Assembly: GCF_000014265.1 (NCBI RefSeq) | Contig: NC_008312.1 | Location: forward strand, 6,150,001 to 6,182,000 | Reading direction: 5' to 3' | Source: Trichodesmium erythraeum IMS101 | GTDB taxonomy: Bacteria > Cyanobacteriota > Cyanobacteriia > Cyanobacteriales > Microcoleaceae | DNA length: 32,000 nt | Position numbers and translations under genes: made by a program | Part shown: in pieces, positions 29,661 to 32,000 of the stretch | How positions within the stretch are numbered: the stretch's first letter is position 1 | How the letters are laid out: every line of letters starts with the position of its first letter | Notes under the pieces: model-generated | Told to the model about the DNA's origin: nothing | Seen by the model: only the letters and a program-made list of their open reading frames with translations | The model's database searches: none

Positions 29661-30636
29661 GTTTTATCTGTTTTTATGATTTTATATTTAGGTAGTACTT
29701 ACTAAATAAATATAGAATCCTAATAAATCACTAGTTTAAATGGTGTTATACCTAAAAAAAGTACTATCAAATACTAAATCAATTTTCTTTTCTGGTAATT
29801 TGCTTTGGTCTGCGACGGGAAAGTCTATAAAAATTAATTCTTGCAACTATTGGAAGGGTCTTTCTATTTTGGTTCTCGGCTTTTATTGTTTATTTCAGCT
29901 TTTGCTTTTTGGTAATATCTGGTGGGTTGTGGTTCACCGGCTGTAGATGAGGGTTTGGCTCTTCATTGGGCTACTGATGCTGAATATATGTTTGAGGGTT
30001 GGCCGTTTATGCTGCTGGATGGGACTGTTGCTAATAGCTGGGTTTTCGCGGTTGTAAGTGGTTTGAACTCTGGCTAATATCTTGAGTAGGGTCTCAGGTC
30101 TGCTTACCTCGGCTATGAGGTTGGGCTTTTGTTTGTTGGGATGTCTTTTTCAGATGTTTCTAATTTTTCGAGTATTATGGTTTTATTTTTACAAGTTTGG
30201 TGATAGTTTGCTTGAGTTTATGGGGCTTTTTTATGTGGGAGCGATCGCTTTTTTAATATATGCCTAATTCTCAAAGAATATATGGGTATTCTCTGGGTCT
30301 ATATTGTGTTCATCTGCTGCTAGATAAACTACTAATATTTTTTCTGATTTTAGATGTTGTTTTTGTCTGAGTAATTCTGTTGATTTTTTTTTTTAATGGT
30401 TGGGATAAAGTTGATTAGTTATCTTTTTTTTTACTCTAATTTTTCGGCATAAGTCTACTCAAATATTTTCTTGTGTCTGTATTTTTTGACGGTCTATATC
30501 AAGAGGGTGTCTTGGGGGTAATGGTTGAAATAGATGAAATGGTTTGTAGATATTTATTGGTGGTTTTTATATATTTATTTTTTGATTAATTACGAGAGTT
30601 AGTATCAGATGGTAAGGCTTTTATCTGTGGTTGAAA

Positions 30637-32000
30637 TTAAGTTAATACTGAGTTTTTTGTCTGAGATAGTAAGGCTTTTATCTGAGGATTTTCTAATAAT
30701 TTGGCTGCATCTGCTATTAGTTTATCCCCCCAAAGTTCTTTTTTCAGGCGCTTCGAGGAACCCCAACTTTTATCTGATTTTAGGGCGGCTTCAGTTGTTG
30801 CTAAACTTTCTGGAATTTTACCTTTTTTATAGAGGGCAACTCCTATTGCTAATTTAGGTTCTACGAGTTGGTTATTAATTTCAGTTGCGGCTTGCCAATT
30901 TTCTATTGCTTGATCTATAAAACCCATTTCATATTTAACTAAACCAAGATTAATAATAGAATATTCATCGTCTGGTTTAATTTCTAAAGCTTTTTCATAA
31001 GCAGCAACAGCCTCTTCATATCTTTCTAATTTTATCAGAGCATTGCCTTTCAAAAACCAAGCTTCGTGAAAGTCAGGTTTAATTTCTAAAGCTTTTTCAT
31101 AAGCAGCAACAGCCTCTTCATATCTTTCTAATTTTATCAGAGCATTGCCTTTCAAAAACCAAGCTTCGTGAAAGTCAGGTTTAATTTCTAAAGCTTTTTC
31201 ATAAGCAGCAACAGCCTCTTCATATCTTTCTAATTTTATCAGAGCATTGCCTTTCAAAAACCAAGCTTCGTGAAAGTCAGGTTTAATTTCTAAAGCTTTT
31301 TCATAAGCAGCAACAGCCTCTTCATATCTTTCTAATTTTATCAGAGCATTGCCTTTATTGTGCCAAGCTTCGTGAAAGTCAGGTTTAATTTCTAAAGCTT
31401 TTTCAAAAGCAGCAACAGCTTCTTCATATCTTTCTAATTTTCCCAGAGCTATGCCTTTATTGTGCCAAGCTTCGTGAAAGTCAGGTTTAATTTCTAAAGC
31501 TTTTTCATAAGCAGCAACAGCCTCTTCATATCTTTCTAAATTTCCCAGAGCATTGCCTTTCAAAAACCAAGCTTCGTGAAAGTCTGGTTTAATTTCTAAA
31601 GCTTTTTCATAAGCAGCAACAGCCTCTTCATATCTTTCTAATTTTATCAGAGCATTGCCTTTCAAAAACCAAGCTTCGTGAAAGTCAGGTTTAATTTCTA
31701 AAGCTTTTTCATAAGCAGCAACAGCCTCTTCATATCTTTCTAATTTTATCAGAGCATTGCCTTTCAAAAACCAAGCTTCGTGAAAGTCAGGTTTAATTTC
31801 TAAAGCTTTTTCATAAGCAGCAACAGCCTCTTCATATCTTTCTAATTTTATCAGAGCATTGCCTTTCAAAAACCAAGCATCGTGAAAGTCAGGTTTAATT
31901 TCTAAAGCTTTTTCATAAGCAGCAACAGCCTCTTCATATCTTTCTAATTTTATCAGAGCATTGCCTTTATTGTGCCAAGCTTCGTGAAAGTCAGGTTTAA
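30637..32000 (-). CDS. Tetratricopeptide (TPR) repeat protein, 5'-partial (continues beyond the window end)
   Basis: 34-aa units AWFLKGNALIKLERYEEAVAAYEKALEIKPDFHE are repeated at least 10 times, followed by a unique ~110-aa C-terminal tail. The frame stays open to position 32000. The ORF-track start at 31869 is only an internal TTG. Confidence 0.9.
   Translation of the reverse strand, partial: KPDFHEAWHNKGNALIKLERYEEAVAAYEKALEIKPDFHDAWFLKGNALIKLERYEEAVAAYEKALEIKPDFHEAWFLKGNALIKLERYEEAVAAYEKALEIKPDFHEAWFLKGNALIKLERYEEAVAAYEKALEIKPDFHEAWFLKGNALGNLERYEEAVAAYEKALEIKPDFHEAWHNKGIALGKLERYEEAVAAFEKALEIKPDFHEAWHNKGNALIKLERYEEAVAAYEKALEIKPDFHEAWFLKGNALIKLERYEEAVAAYEKALEIKPDFHEAWFLKGNALIKLERYEEAVAAYEKALEIKPDFHEAWFLKGNALIKLERYEEAVAAYEKALEIKPDDEYSIINLGLVKYEMGFIDQAIENWQAATEINNQLVEPKLAIGVALYKKGKIPESLATTEAALKSDKSWGSSKRLKKELWGDKLIADAAKLLENPQIKALLSQTKNSVLT
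30974..32000. repeat. 102-bp tandem array (at least 10 units) inside the TPR gene
   Basis: Units start at 30974, 31076, 31178, 31280, 31382, 31484, 31586, 31688, 31790 and 31892, with a partial unit at 31994. Five units are identical at all 102 positions. Confidence 0.95.

Overview
This is an AT-rich cyanobacterial chromosomal segment. Supporting signs are eight HIP1 palindromes (GCGATCGC), STRR-like heptamer repeats, a PEP-CTERM protein, a rimP-nusA-ylxR cluster and an ACT-domain malic enzyme. Only about 54% of the window is coding, with ORF-free gaps of 0.5-3.3 kb, which by inference most resembles Trichodesmium-like filamentous cyanobacteria. I can support 15 protein genes: ylxR, nusA, rimP, a voltage-sensor-like membrane protein, a PEP-CTERM protein, malic enzyme, one weak hypothetical, argS, an orphan receiver, glutaminase, an SDR, an Amt-PAS-cyclase fusion, a peptidoglycan-binding protein, an M32 carboxypeptidase and a TPR protein running off the window end. 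There is also one tRNA-Leu(UAG). The gaps contain decayed mobile DNA: an IS4-family relic with terminal inverted repeats, an IS630-like relic and one or two TnpB (IS200/IS605-type) relics. They also hold a ~170-nt dispersed repeat present twice, short tandem repeats, a G-run tract and a decayed paralog of the TPR gene tail. The four most notable items follow. (1) A 1209-aa protein fuses an ammonium-transporter domain to three PAS/PAC modules and a catalytically complete class III adenylate cyclase, and it sits near a glutaminase and a stand-alone receiver. (2) The TPR gene is built from at least 10 almost nucleotide-identical 102-bp units whose differences are confined to two small codon blocks. 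(3) The dispersed repeat carries a compensatory change in an internal stem. (4) The TnpB relic keeps a GC-rich, hairpin-rich 3' region. I saw no CRISPR array, rRNA, prophage, or defence or biosynthetic cluster. All homology statements come from reading motifs by eye, not from database searches.
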